Assembly: GCA_963729715.1 (NCBI GenBank)
Contig: CAVSPA010000005.1
Coordinates: forward strand, 608,001-672,000
Direction: 5' to 3'
From: an uncultured delta proteobacterium
GTDB lineage: Bacteria > Desulfobacterota > Syntrophia > Syntrophales > UBA2185
DNA length: 64,000 bases
Notes under the pieces: model-generated
What the model was told of the DNA's origin: nothing
The model's input: the letters and a program-made list of their open reading frames with translations, nothing else
The model's database searches: none
Shown: positions 52,629-62,612 of the stretch, one piece after another
How the letters are laid out: each line of letters begins with the position of its first letter
Numbering within the stretch: position 1 is the first letter of the stretch
Position numbers and translations under genes: made by a program

Positions 52629-53831
52629 ATGGCGGGCGCTGAGCTGATTGGAAAAGAAGAGATAAAAGAAATTATGGATGTCATGGAAACAGGCATCCTC
52701 ATGAGATACGGTTTTGACAAAGACAGAAAGGGCATCTTTAAGGTACGCGAATTTGAGGAAGACTTCGCGCGCTACTGCCAGGCAAAATACGCCTTGGGTG
52801 TTACGTCCGGCTCCACAGCGCTCAAAGTGGCCCTTGTGACTATGGATGTAGGACCGGGGGATGAAGTCATCGTGCCGGCCTTCACATTCATCGCCACGTA
52901 TGAAGCGGTATTGGAAGTTGGCGCAATTCCCATCATGGCTGACATCGATGAGACTTTGAATATGGATCCCGACGATATAGAAAAGAGGATAACACCTTAC
53001 TCGAAGGCCATTATTCCCGTGCACATGTGCGGTGCTCCGGCACATATCGACAGGATCATGTCTGTTGCGAGAAAAAATAAACTCCTCGTCCTCGAAGACA
53101 ATGCCCAAGCTTCCGGCGGCAGCTATCGCGGGAAAAAGCTGGGGACGTTCGGTGACATGGGCATCTTCAGTTTTGACTATTATAAGACCCTCACCACGGG
53201 CGAAGGGGGAATGGTACTGACTGATAATAAAGATTTCTATCTCCGTGCCGACGGGTACCACGATCACGGCCACGACCACAACCCCAATGTCAGCAGAGCG
53301 CTTGAAGGGCGGACGATTCTCGGCTTTAATTACCGCATGAACGAACTTCAGGGCGCCCTTGGCCTCGCCCAACTCAGGAAGCTTGATACGATTATTGCCG
53401 AGCAGAAAAAAAATAAAAAAGCGATTAAAGATGTCCTTAGCAAATGCAAAGGCATTAAGTTCAGAGAGATCCCGGATCCCGATGGAGATACGGCAACTTT
53501 TCTGGCGTTCAATATGCCGGACGAGAATGCCAAGGCGCGGTTTCAGAAGGCCCTCTCCGGCGAAGGAGTCGATACCGTCTGCTTCAAGAATAATCTCTGG
53601 CACTACCTTCCCAACTGGGAGCATTTTCTGGCGCGGTCAACAGCGAACTCAAAGAAGTATCCTTTTACAGATCTGTCATACAAAGGAAAGGTTAACTACG
53701 ACAGATCGACCATACCCCAGGCGGAGGATATACTTGGCCGGACTCTTGTAATGAATATATCAGTAAAGATGCCGGCAGAAAGATTTGCGAAGATCAAAGA
53801 AGGGATTGAGAAAGCGGCAAAGAGTCTATAG
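52629..53831 (+). CDS. kdnA: DegT/DnrJ PLP aminotransferase, KdnA-like (8-amino-Kdo transaminase)
   Basis: SFDYYKT, DHGHDH, LGLAQLRKLD, FREIPDPDGD and WHYLPNW resemble Shewanella KdnA as recalled; clustered with kdsB. Confidence 0.75.
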   Translation: MAGAELIGKEEIKEIMDVMETGILMRYGFDKDRKGIFKVREFEEDFARYCQAKYALGVTSGSTALKVALVTMDVGPGDEVIVPAFTFIATYEAVLEVGAIPIMADIDETLNMDPDDIEKRITPYSKAIIPVHMCGAPAHIDRIMSVARKNKLLVLEDNAQASGGSYRGKKLGTFGDMGIFSFDYYKTLTTGEGGMVLTDNKDFYLRADGYHDHGHDHNPNVSRALEGRTILGFNYRMNELQGALGLAQLRKLDTIIAEQKKNKKAIKDVLSKCKGIKFREIPDPDGDTATFLAFNMPDENAKARFQKALSGEGVDTVCFKNNLWHYLPNWEHFLARSTANSKKYPFTDLSYKGKVNYDRSTIPQAEDILGRTLVMNISVKMPAERFAKIKEGIEKAAKSL

Positions 53832-53842
53832 GGGAAAGTTTC

Positions 53843-54814
53843 ATGATCATCGTTACCGGCGGCGCCGGATTCATCGGGAGCGCCTTCGTCTGGAAGCTCA
53901 ATCAGGAAGGCATCGACGACATCTTAATAGTTGATGAACTCGGCGAGTCGGACAAGTGGAAGAATCTGGTGAACCGGCGTTACGTTGAGTACATACACAA
54001 AGATGTTTTCCTCAAAATGATCCGCAGCGAACAAATGCCCTTCACACCGCGGGCAATCATCCACATGGGGGCATGTTCCTCCACAACGGAACGTAATGCC
54101 GACTATTTGATGGACAATAACTACCACTATACGTGTCGGCTGGCAGAGTGGGCGCTGCCGAACAACATTCGCTTTATCTATGCAAGTTCAGCCGCCACTT
54201 ATGGCGATGGCTCGCAGGGATTTTCCGACGACAGCTCTGTAACGGGGAAGCTTCGCCCCATGAATATGTACGGGTATTCAAAGCAGGTCTTCGACCTCTG
54301 GGTTCTGCGCCAGCAGGTGGAAAAGCAGGTCTTGGGCATAAAATTTTTCAACGTCTTTGGTCCCAACGAGTACCATAAGGGCGACATGCGCAGCGTTGTC
54401 CATAAGGCCTTTGAACAAATCAGGGACACAGGGGAAGTCCGGCTCTTCAAATCTCACAAGCCTGAATACATAGATGGCGGGCAGATGCGCGATTTCGTGT
54501 ATGTAAAAGATTGCGTTGATGTCATGTGGTGGCTCTTTGAACATCCGGAGATAAACGGCATATTCAACGTAGGCACAGGCAAGGCCCGTACGTGGAATGA
54601 TCTTGTTCATGCGCTTTTTTCGGCCATGGAGATGAAACCCAAGATAGAGTATTTCGAAATGCCGCTGGAGATACGTGACCAGTACCAGTATATGACGGAG
54701 GCAAGAACGGATAAACTCCGCGCGACAGGATGCCCCGTCACATTTCGTCCCTTAGAAGATGCCGTGAAAGACTACGTGGTGAACTATTTAAAGAAGCCTG
54801 ATCCACACCTATGA
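53843..54814 (+). CDS. hldD: ADP-L-glycero-D-manno-heptose 6-epimerase
   Basis: IIVTGGAGFIGS, GACSSTT, YASSAATYG, YGYSK and HKGDMRS motifs. Confidence 0.95.
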   Translation: MIIVTGGAGFIGSAFVWKLNQEGIDDILIVDELGESDKWKNLVNRRYVEYIHKDVFLKMIRSEQMPFTPRAIIHMGACSSTTERNADYLMDNNYHYTCRLAEWALPNNIRFIYASSAATYGDGSQGFSDDSSVTGKLRPMNMYGYSKQVFDLWVLRQQVEKQVLGIKFFNVFGPNEYHKGDMRSVVHKAFEQIRDTGEVRLFKSHKPEYIDGGQMRDFVYVKDCVDVMWWLFEHPEINGIFNVGTGKARTWNDLVHALFSAMEMKPKIEYFEMPLEIRDQYQYMTEARTDKLRATGCPVTFRPLEDAVKDYVVNYLKKPDPHL

Positions 54815-55560
54815 AAGTCGTCTGCATTATTCCCGCCCGTTATGCATCCACTCGCTTTCCGGGGAAGGCCCTTTCGGATCTCTTGGGAAAGCCGATGATC
54901 CAGCACGTATACGAACGTGTGTTGAAGGCCGGCACTGTATCCGTTGCAGCCGTGGCGACTGACGATAAACGGATCGTTGCTGCTGTAGAAAGCTTCGGGG
55001 GCCGCGCCATTATGACAGCGGCGTCTCACAGGTCAGGAACAGACCGCATAGCAGAAGCCGTTTCCATCCTTGATATCGATGAATCTGATATTGTGGTTAA
55101 TATCCAGGGTGATCAACCCCTCTTTGAACCATCGCTGATTGACGCTGTGGCAAAGCCACTCTTGGACGACCCAGCCATTCCCATGTCCACCCTTATATAT
55201 AAAATCGTGAGGGAAGAAGAGATTACCCATCCCAATGCAGTAAAGGTCGTCTTTGATCGGGATCACTTTGCCCTCTACTTTTCCCGGTCAACCATTCCTT
55301 ATGTAAGAGACAGGGGCACAAAGGCGTCATATTATTATAAACACCACGGCATTTACGCCTACAGAAGGGCATTCCTAAAAGAGTTTACCGAACTCCCTGA
55401 AGGCATTCTCGAGAAAATGGAGGCCCTTGAGCAGCTGCGAGCCCTTGAGCATGGATACAAGATCAAGGTTGTAGAAACGCTCTACGACTCTGTGGAAGTT
55501 GATACCCGTGAGGAACTGGAGAGGGTGAGGCGCCTCCTCGAAGCGAAGGGGAAATCGTAA
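54811..55560 (+). CDS. kdsB: 3-deoxy-manno-octulosonate cytidylyltransferase
   Basis: IPARYASTRFPGK, SGTDR, NIQGD, ALYFSR and LEQLRALE motifs. Confidence 0.95.
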   Translation: MKVVCIIPARYASTRFPGKALSDLLGKPMIQHVYERVLKAGTVSVAAVATDDKRIVAAVESFGGRAIMTAASHRSGTDRIAEAVSILDIDESDIVVNIQGDQPLFEPSLIDAVAKPLLDDPAIPMSTLIYKIVREEEITHPNAVKVVFDRDHFALYFSRSTIPYVRDRGTKASYYYKHHGIYAYRRAFLKEFTELPEGILEKMEALEQLRALEHGYKIKVVETLYDSVEVDTREELERVRRLLEAKGKS

Positions 55561-55573
55561 ACGGGAAGGATGA

Positions 55574-56509
55574 ATGATAGATATTGATTATTTAAAAAAG
55601 ATCAAGCTGGTAACTTCACCCCTGGGCCAGCAGCTCGTCGCGGCGTTATTGCTGTTTCCTAATTACCGTATCTTCGCTAAGGTCGACATTCAGATCGAAA
55701 ATATCGAGCTTATTCCACGCAACGAGAATGTGATCTTTGCCATGAATCACACAGATCGTTTCAATTACTGGCCGTTCCAGTATAAACTCTGGAGCATGAG
55801 ATGTTTTTCATATACCACGGTCTGGGTGAAGGGCAAGTATTACAGGAATGCGCTGCTTGCCAAAGGGCTTGACCTGTGCAATCTCATTCCCGTCCCCTCC
55901 ATGGGTTATTTGATCGAGGAGTTTTACAGAAAGAAATTGAAACAGCGGCTCGATAGGAACGTTTACAGGGCGATTAAGGATATCATTGACGGCAAGTATG
56001 AAAGTATTGAAGCCTACCCGAGGAAGGCAGCGGAGGTACTCAATGCATTAGGGGGACAATTTGTTGATCTTGTGAGAGGCCACTATGATCTCATAATGGA
56101 GCGGGTAGCGGAATTGAGCAGGACGGCCCTCTCTGAAAAAAAACTTAACCTTATCATCTTCCCTGAAGGTACGAGGGGAACCCAGCTCGGAGAAGGAAGA
56201 ACAGGCGTTGCGCAGCTTGCATTATCCACGCGGAAAAAGATCGTTCCAATCGGGTGTAACAATTCGGATGAGTTATATACAGGGAGCCTGCCTTTCGCGA
56301 AAAGCGGACGGATTGTCTATCGCGTGGGGGAACCCCTCTCTCTCGACAATCAATTGCGGGAATTCGCGATTGACGAACCATTCAAACTGTTTTCCAAGGA
56401 ATCGCAAAGGAAGTACAAGAAACAGTTCGAAGAGGTGACGAGAATTGTCATGGAAAACATCAACAAGCTCCTGGATGAGAAGTACAGGCGCGCCTTCACC
56501 GGGTCATGA
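55574..56509 (+). CDS. Lysophospholipid acyltransferase (PlsC-like)
   Basis: AMNHTD, IFPEGTR and IVPIG motifs. Confidence 0.8.
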   Translation: MIDIDYLKKIKLVTSPLGQQLVAALLLFPNYRIFAKVDIQIENIELIPRNENVIFAMNHTDRFNYWPFQYKLWSMRCFSYTTVWVKGKYYRNALLAKGLDLCNLIPVPSMGYLIEEFYRKKLKQRLDRNVYRAIKDIIDGKYESIEAYPRKAAEVLNALGGQFVDLVRGHYDLIMERVAELSRTALSEKKLNLIIFPEGTRGTQLGEGRTGVAQLALSTRKKIVPIGCNNSDELYTGSLPFAKSGRIVYRVGEPLSLDNQLREFAIDEPFKLFSKESQRKYKKQFEEVTRIVMENINKLLDEKYRRAFTGS

Positions 56510-56563
56510 CGTTATAGAAATTTGCTCTCCAATCCATTTCACCAACTCGCAAGGAGGCGGCAT

Positions 56564-56968
56564 ATGAGCGCCATCGCGGTTATTCAAGAACTCATCAAGC
56601 CTTTGTTTCCCGGCCTGATGGGAATGCAGCTCACAGAAGTTACTCCTGAAAGAGTTATTGCGTCGATGGAGGTTCGTCCGGATTTGTGTACCGTCGGTGA
56701 GATACTTCACGGCGGCGCGCTTATGGCCTTTGCAGACACTCTTGGGGGTATCGCCACGTTTATCAACCTTGAAAAGGGCGCACGCACAACAACCATCGAG
56801 TCGAAGACCAACTTCCTCGGCGCCATGCCCGTTGGCACTCGTATCATCGGCGAGTGCACCCCCTTGCATCGCGGCAAGACCACGATGGTCTGGCAGACGC
56901 GCGTGAAGTCCGAAAACGGCAAGCTCTGCGCCGTTGTCATCCAAACGCAGATGGTGCTTCCCGCCTGA
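56564..56968 (+). CDS. PaaI-family hotdog thioesterase
   Basis: LHGGALMAFADT, TTIESKTNF and LHRGKTTMVW motifs; AGGAGG RBS. Confidence 0.92.
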   Translation: MSAIAVIQELIKPLFPGLMGMQLTEVTPERVIASMEVRPDLCTVGEILHGGALMAFADTLGGIATFINLEKGARTTTIESKTNFLGAMPVGTRIIGECTPLHRGKTTMVWQTRVKSENGKLCAVVIQTQMVLPA

Positions 56969-57078
56969 TGTCTTTCCCCCTGTTGCAATCGGTCTGTTGG
57001 TGGCACCTATCATTTATATCCGGTGCGTCAGGTGGAAAGGCGTTCGTTTGAGACAGGTCTCAAATGAATACAGATTTG

Positions 57079-57131
57079 TCAGTTTCTTAAAATGGCGCCA
57101 GTACTTGCGGGGGAAACAAGTCCGGCATACC
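57079..57131 (-). pseudogene. Diverged duplicate of the last 16 codons and stop of ilvD
   Basis: 44/53 nt identical to 57220-57272 with no indels; reads YAGLVSPASTGAILRN* versus [16 protein letters not shown]. Confidence 0.85.
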
Positions 57132-57219
57132 ATGCTAGGCACCCGAGACGATAAGATATCCCCCTCCCTAAACGGGAGGGGGCCAAAGTGCATCATCGGT
57201 AGAATTATATTCGGGGCTA

Positions 57220-58881
57220 TCAATCCTTTAAAATGGCGCCTGTGCTTGCGGAGGTCACAAGTCCGGCATACCGGACCAGGTAGCCGCTCTTGACTGCAGG
57301 TGGCCGTGGTTTAAACTTAGCCTGTCTTTTCTTCAATTCGTCCGGACCGACCTTGAGAGAGATTGTCTTTTTCGGGATGTCGATAGCGATAATGTCGCCT
57401 TCCTTGACAAGACCGATGGGACCTCCCTCGGCTGCCTCCGGAGAGATGTGTCCGATGGCCGCCCCGCGAGTTCCGCCGCTGAACCTGCCATCAGTTAGGA
57501 GCGCCACCGTCGTATCGAGCCCCATACCGGCTATAACCGACGTCGGCGCCAGCATCTCGCGCATGCCCGGTCCGCCCTTCGGACCCTCATAGCGGATGAC
57601 GACGATATCGCCCGGTTTGATCTTCCCGCCGAGGATGGCGGCAATGGCATCGTCCTCAGAATCAAAGACCCGGGCCTTGCCTTTGTTGACGAGCATTCTT
57701 TCTGCGACAGCGGACTGCTTGACGACAGCGCCATCGGGGGCCAGATTACCCCTCAGGATAGCGATCCCCCCTTCTTTCGAATAGGGGTTGTTAAGCGGCC
57801 GGATGACGTCGCTGTTTAACACCACAGCCCCTTTCAGAGTGAAGCCCACCGCCTTTCCTGTAACGGTCAAGGCCTTCAGGTCAATGACGCCAAGCCGACT
57901 GATTTGCTTCATCACCGCCTGAACCCCGCCTGCCATGTCCAGGTCTTCCAGATGGTGTTGCCCCGCGGGGCTTAGCTTGCAGAGATTAGGGGTTTTCTTG
58001 CTGATCTCATTGAAAAGGTCGAGGTCTAGTTTAATTCCCGCTTCGTGGGCAATAGCGGGAATATGGAGGACTGTATTGGTCGAGCAGCCCAGGGCCATGT
58101 CCACAGCGATGGCATTCTTGAAGGCTGATAGTGTTGCGATTTTCCGCGGACGGATATCTTTTTTGAGGAGTTCCATGATCTTCATGCCGGCCTGCTTCGC
58201 CAGGCGCCGCCTGGCCGCGTGGACGGCAGGTACCGTGCCATTGCCGGGGAGGCCGAGGCCGAGGGCCTCGGTTACGCAGTTCATGGAATTGGCCGTATAC
58301 ATGCCTGAGCAGGACCCACAGCCGGGGCAGGCGCAGTCTTCCAAGGCCTTCAGATACTTTTCTTTCATCTGGCGGGATTTTACCTTTCCCACGCCTTCGA
58401 AGACACTGATGAGATCAACAGTCTTACCCTCCAGGGTTCCGGCCATCATGGGACCGCCGCTGATGAAGATGGTAGGGATATTCAGTCGAAGCGCCGCCAT
58501 CAACATCCCGGGAATAATCTTGTCACAGTTGGGGATCATGACGAGCGCATCAAAGGGATGGGCGACAGCCATGACCTCGATGGAATCGGCGATCAGCTCA
58601 CGGCTGGCAAGGGAGTATTTCATGCCTGTATGTCCCATGGCAATCCCGTCGCAGATGCCGATGACGGGGAATTCGACGGGCGTTCCGCCTGCCATGCGGA
58701 TGCCTGCCTTTACGTCTCCGGTGATAATATCCAAATGAATATGTCCGGGTATGATTTCATTGGCGGAATTCACCACGCCTATCAAGGGCTGTGCAATTTC
58801 TTTATCCGTATACCCCATGGCTTTGAAAAGAGATCTGTGGGGCGCCCTTTCAAGCCCCTTTTTCATCAGGTCGCTTCGCAT
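57220..58881 (-). CDS. ilvD: Dihydroxy-acid dehydratase
   Basis: [32 protein letters not shown] and TDGRFSG motifs; ATG at 58881 with GGAGG RBS. Confidence 0.97.
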   Translation of the reverse strand: MRSDLMKKGLERAPHRSLFKAMGYTDKEIAQPLIGVVNSANEIIPGHIHLDIITGDVKAGIRMAGGTPVEFPVIGICDGIAMGHTGMKYSLASRELIADSIEVMAVAHPFDALVMIPNCDKIIPGMLMAALRLNIPTIFISGGPMMAGTLEGKTVDLISVFEGVGKVKSRQMKEKYLKALEDCACPGCGSCSGMYTANSMNCVTEALGLGLPGNGTVPAVHAARRRLAKQAGMKIMELLKKDIRPRKIATLSAFKNAIAVDMALGCSTNTVLHIPAIAHEAGIKLDLDLFNEISKKTPNLCKLSPAGQHHLEDLDMAGGVQAVMKQISRLGVIDLKALTVTGKAVGFTLKGAVVLNSDVIRPLNNPYSKEGGIAILRGNLAPDGAVVKQSAVAERMLVNKGKARVFDSEDDAIAAILGGKIKPGDIVVIRYEGPKGGPGMREMLAPTSVIAGMGLDTTVALLTDGRFSGGTRGAAIGHISPEAAEGGPIGLVKEGDIIAIDIPKKTISLKVGPDELKKRQAKFKPRPPAVKSGYLVRYAGLVTSASTGAILKD

Positions 58882-58956
58882 GCTTTCCTCCTTATATTTT
58901 TTTCCAATGAGCGGAATGTAGAGAGCCGTATCGCAATCCTCCCATTTTGTCATTCC

Positions 58957-60003
58957 TTACTTTTTTCTTCGCTCCGGTCTCAATGAGCGAACCACTGCGC
59001 CCGCCAGCCACATTTCGCTATTCTTTATGGCTTCGAGTTCCTTTTGCAGTTTCTCCCTGTAGTCAGGGGCGGAGTTTACCTCGAGGACTATGGCTGTTTC
59101 CTTGCCGGATGCCACTCTGTCGTACAAGTTATCGAATACAGGCGCTACAGCATCACGAAATCTGTTTTTCCAGTCCAAGGCGCCCCTCTGGGCAGTTGTG
59201 CTGCAATTGGCATACATCCAGTCCATACCATTTTGCGCGACAAGCGGCATGAGGCTCTGGGTCAATTCCTCGACTGTTTCATTGAAGGCTTCACTGGGGC
59301 TGTGTCCATGCTTGCGGAGAACATTATACTGCGCCTCCAGGACACCGGCGAGACAACCCATGAGGACGCCGCGCTCACCCGTGAGGTCGCTGTAAACTTC
59401 CTGTTCAAAGGTGGTGGGGAACAGATACCCTGATCCTATGGCAATGCCGACGGCAAGTGTCCTTTCCAGGGCTTTTCCTGTGGCGTTTTGGAAAACGGCG
59501 TAACTCGAATTTATGCCGCTTCCCGCAAGAAAGTTGTCGCGTACCGTGCGTCCGGCACCTTTTGGCGCTACCAGTATAACATCGATGTCAGAGGGAGGGA
59601 TCACACCAGTCTGATCTTTATACACGATGGAGAATCCATGAGAAAAATAGAGGGCCTTTCCTTTTGTCAGTTGGAGTTTTAGTTCCGGCCACATGGCCTT
59701 CTGACCGGCATCTGACATCAGGTACTGGATGATTGTGCCGCGTTTTGCAGCCTCCATTGGTGGAAACAGCGTCTCGCCCGGCTTAAAGCCTTCGTCAATG
59801 GCCTTCTGCCAGTTGAAGTCTCCTTCGCCCACGATACAACGGATTCCGTTGTCCCTCATGTTTAGGGCTTGACCGCGTCCCTGTACACCGTAGCCAATGA
59901 CGGCAACCGTTTCATCCCTGAGCACTTTGCGCGCCTTTTCGAGGGTGAACTCCTCTGATGTGACAACCTCTTCCATGACCCCGCCGATGTTGATTTTAGG
60001 CAT
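58957..60003 (-). CDS. ilvC: Ketol-acid reductoisomerase (Ilv5/Bacteroidetes-like type)
   Basis: IGYGVQG, FSHGF, APKG, SDLTGERGVLMG and CSTTAQRGA motifs. Confidence 0.95.
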   Translation of the reverse strand: MPKINIGGVMEEVVTSEEFTLEKARKVLRDETVAVIGYGVQGRGQALNMRDNGIRCIVGEGDFNWQKAIDEGFKPGETLFPPMEAAKRGTIIQYLMSDAGQKAMWPELKLQLTKGKALYFSHGFSIVYKDQTGVIPPSDIDVILVAPKGAGRTVRDNFLAGSGINSSYAVFQNATGKALERTLAVGIAIGSGYLFPTTFEQEVYSDLTGERGVLMGCLAGVLEAQYNVLRKHGHSPSEAFNETVEELTQSLMPLVAQNGMDWMYANCSTTAQRGALDWKNRFRDAVAPVFDNLYDRVASGKETAIVLEVNSAPDYREKLQKELEAIKNSEMWLAGAVVRSLRPERRKK

Positions 60004-60082
60004 ATTAGTTCCTCCTTATTGTTATAAATTTAACGATCAATAGCATTGTGTGGTATGTACTCTGAATACCCCTCATTTACGA

Positions 60083-60580
60083 CTATTTCTGACGCTCCAC
60101 GGCGACAACCCCAGTTCTCGTAAAATCATCCATTCCCATCTTGTCCAAAAAAGCAAGGGCGTCGTCGATGTCCTTTTTACCGCCCGTTACTTCCAGTATG
60201 CAGGTGTCAGCATCCATCTTTACAATCTTCCACTTAAGCGTGTCAACAGTCTGCATGATTTTCACTTGATTCGCATCGGTTAATTTCATTCTCACCAGAA
60301 CCATTTCCCGGCAAGCCGCATTCGCGCGCGTCAGATCCTTCACTTCAAGGACATCAATAATTTTTGTCAGTTGCTTTTCAAGTTTGATGACAGTCTCCCG
60401 ATTACCGAGGGTGGTAATAACGATTCTGGTAAATTCAGGATTTCTCGTGATATTTGCCGAGATGCTTTCGATATTGAACCCCCGGCCACTGAAGGTTCCC
60501 GCGATCCTGGCCAGGACATCGGGTCTGTTATTTACCAGGATGGAAATCGTATTCTCTTTTACTTCCATAAGCTCATTCAC
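60083..60580 (-). CDS. ilvN: Acetolactate synthase small subunit
   Basis: ISILVNNRPDVLARI...RGFNIESI ACT domain; RTG near the C-terminus. Confidence 0.93.
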   Translation of the reverse strand: MNELMEVKENTISILVNNRPDVLARIAGTFSGRGFNIESISANITRNPEFTRIVITTLGNRETVIKLEKQLTKIIDVLEVKDLTRANAACREMVLVRMKLTDANQVKIMQTVDTLKWKIVKMDADTCILEVTGGKKDIDDALAFLDKMGMDDFTRTGVVAVERQK

Positions 60581-60612
60581 CTCACAATAGATTTGATATA
60601 TTCCAATCCACG

Positions 60613-62301
60613 CTATTTGCGTAAGACCATATCTGAGATCGCCGCACCCGGTGAAACCATGGGGTAGACGCCTTCTTCTGGTTCAACATGGAAATCCATT
60701 ATGACAGTCTTTGGAGTATCGAGACCCTTCCTTAATGTGGCCTCCACCTCTTCGGGGCGTGTCGCCCGCAGGCCGACAGCGCCATAAGCCTCGGCAAGCT
60801 TCACAAAGTCAGGCACATTATTTATGTTGCTGTGGGAATAACGCTTTCCGTAGAAGAGTTCCTGCCATTGGCGAACCATGCCCAAAAATCCGTTGTTAAG
60901 GATGACGATCTTAACGGGAAGGTCATAATTAACAGCCGTTGCGAGTTCCTGTATGTTCATCTGGATACTTCCATCTCCGGCAATATCTACTACGACCTTG
61001 TCGGGACGCGCAACCTGAGCGCCGATGGCAGCCGGGAATCCATAACCCATTGTCCCGAGGCCGCCCGATGTAATAAATGAATTGGGGTAATCGAAATGAT
61101 AGAACTGCGCCGCCCACATCTGGTTCTGCCCCACCTCTGTCGAGATAATAGCTTTTCCTTCCGTGAGACGATAGAGTGTCTCGACAACGTATTGAGGTTT
61201 TATTTTATCAGACTGACAGTATGTCAGGGGGGCAAACTTTTTCCACTGGTCAATCTGATCGAGCCATGCCTTTGTTTGCTTTTCGGGCATTGCAAAACTC
61301 TTATCGGAAATCCACTTATTGAGCAGCTGCAGTACAGGCTTGCAATCGCTTGCTATCGACAGGTGCGTCTTTACAAATTTATCAATGGAAGCCGGGTCAA
61401 TGTCGATGTGAAGTACCTTGGCATGGGGCGCAAAGGCGTCAAGCTTCGATGTAACCCGATCATCAAAACGGACACCAAGCGCGATCAAAAGGTCGCAATT
61501 ACTGATGGCCATATTGGCGTAATATGTGCCATGCATACCCGGCATACCGAGCCAGTGTGGGTCGGATGCGGGGAATGCCCCAAGTCCCATAAGCGTCGAC
61601 GTGATGGGCACATTGAGCATTTTCACAAACGTTCTCAACTCGTCCCAGGCCCGCCCCAGAAGCACGCCACCGCCTGAGATGATGAGAGGCTTTTCGGCCT
61701 TCCTGATCATGTCGAGTGCCTTTACGCATGCGTCGTCGATGGAAGTCTTCTTGTTGTTATTAGGGAGACTTGATGTCCAGGATACAGCAGAATCTTCTAT
61801 AAGGGATCTAGTGATATCCTTGGGAATGTCGATAAGAACAGGACCGGGTCGTCCTGAGCGGGCAATGTCAAAGGCCTCCCTGACGATGCGTCCCAAGTCG
61901 TCAATCCGCCTGACCAGAAAATTATGTTTCGTGCATGGTCTTGTAATACCGGTGATGTCCACTTCCTGAAAGGCGTCACCGCCAATCAAGGAGGTCGCCA
62001 CCTGACCTGTCAGCACGACGACAGGAATGGAATCCATGAACGCATTTGCAATACCGGTTACCGTGTTTGTCGCTCCAGGCCCGGAGGTAACCAAGCATAC
62101 ACCAACCTTTCCGGAAACCCTCGCATATCCGTCGGCTGCGTGTATGGCGCCCTGTTCATGCCGTACTAAAATATTTCTAATCTTTCTTCTATACAGTTCA
62201 TCAAAGATGTCGAGTACGGCTCCACCGGGAAACCCAAAGATCGTATCGACGTTCTCCTTTTGCAAGGCCTCAAAAAGGACTTGTGCTCCTGTTAACTTCA
62301 C
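60613..62301 (-). CDS. ilvB: Acetolactate synthase large subunit
   Basis: FGFPGGA, RHEQGA, TSGPGATN, GMHG, RFDDR, GDGS...NN and GMVRQWQ motifs. Confidence 0.97.
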   Translation of the reverse strand: MKLTGAQVLFEALQKENVDTIFGFPGGAVLDIFDELYRRKIRNILVRHEQGAIHAADGYARVSGKVGVCLVTSGPGATNTVTGIANAFMDSIPVVVLTGQVATSLIGGDAFQEVDITGITRPCTKHNFLVRRIDDLGRIVREAFDIARSGRPGPVLIDIPKDITRSLIEDSAVSWTSSLPNNNKKTSIDDACVKALDMIRKAEKPLIISGGGVLLGRAWDELRTFVKMLNVPITSTLMGLGAFPASDPHWLGMPGMHGTYYANMAISNCDLLIALGVRFDDRVTSKLDAFAPHAKVLHIDIDPASIDKFVKTHLSIASDCKPVLQLLNKWISDKSFAMPEKQTKAWLDQIDQWKKFAPLTYCQSDKIKPQYVVETLYRLTEGKAIISTEVGQNQMWAAQFYHFDYPNSFITSGGLGTMGYGFPAAIGAQVARPDKVVVDIAGDGSIQMNIQELATAVNYDLPVKIVILNNGFLGMVRQWQELFYGKRYSHSNINNVPDFVKLAEAYGAVGLRATRPEEVEATLRKGLDTPKTVIMDFHVEPEEGVYPMVSPGAAISDMVLRK

Positions 62302-62390
62302 TTTTCTCTACCCCCTTTCAAAATCCCCTCCGTCAATGCCCTCAACCGATACGGGTTAAGCATGGGTAAAGCATGAAGGGAAATTTCTCC

Positions 62391-62424
62391 AAAAAAAAAC
62401 CGTTACCTTTTGGCTGGTAACGGT
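62391..62424 (-). terminator. Attenuator terminator of the ilvBNCD leader
   Basis: Minus strand ACCGTTACC-AGCCAAAA-GGTAACGGT followed by a T8 run. Confidence 0.9.
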
Positions 62425-62459
62425 CTTTTGACTGCGAAATATGTGCTAAACGCAAACCA

Positions 62460-62537
62460 TCATCCAGCCCTCCTATGGAAGGGAATGATTATGCCGATAA
62501 TAATTATGATGGTGTTTGCGATACTAAATGCGTGCAT
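62460..62537 (-). CDS. Isoleucine-rich attenuator leader peptide (25 aa)
   Basis: MHAFSIANTIIIIIGIIIPFHRRAG*, 9 Ile codons; upstream of the terminator and ilvB; GAGGA upstream and TTGACA at 62593-62588. Confidence 0.88.
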   Translation of the reverse strand: MHAFSIANTIIIIIGIIIPFHRRAG

Positions 62538-62612
62538 GTCGTTGTCAATCCTCACTGCGGGACATTTTTAACAGCATCCCATCGTATTGTCAAGAATATT
62601 TTATGATTTCTT

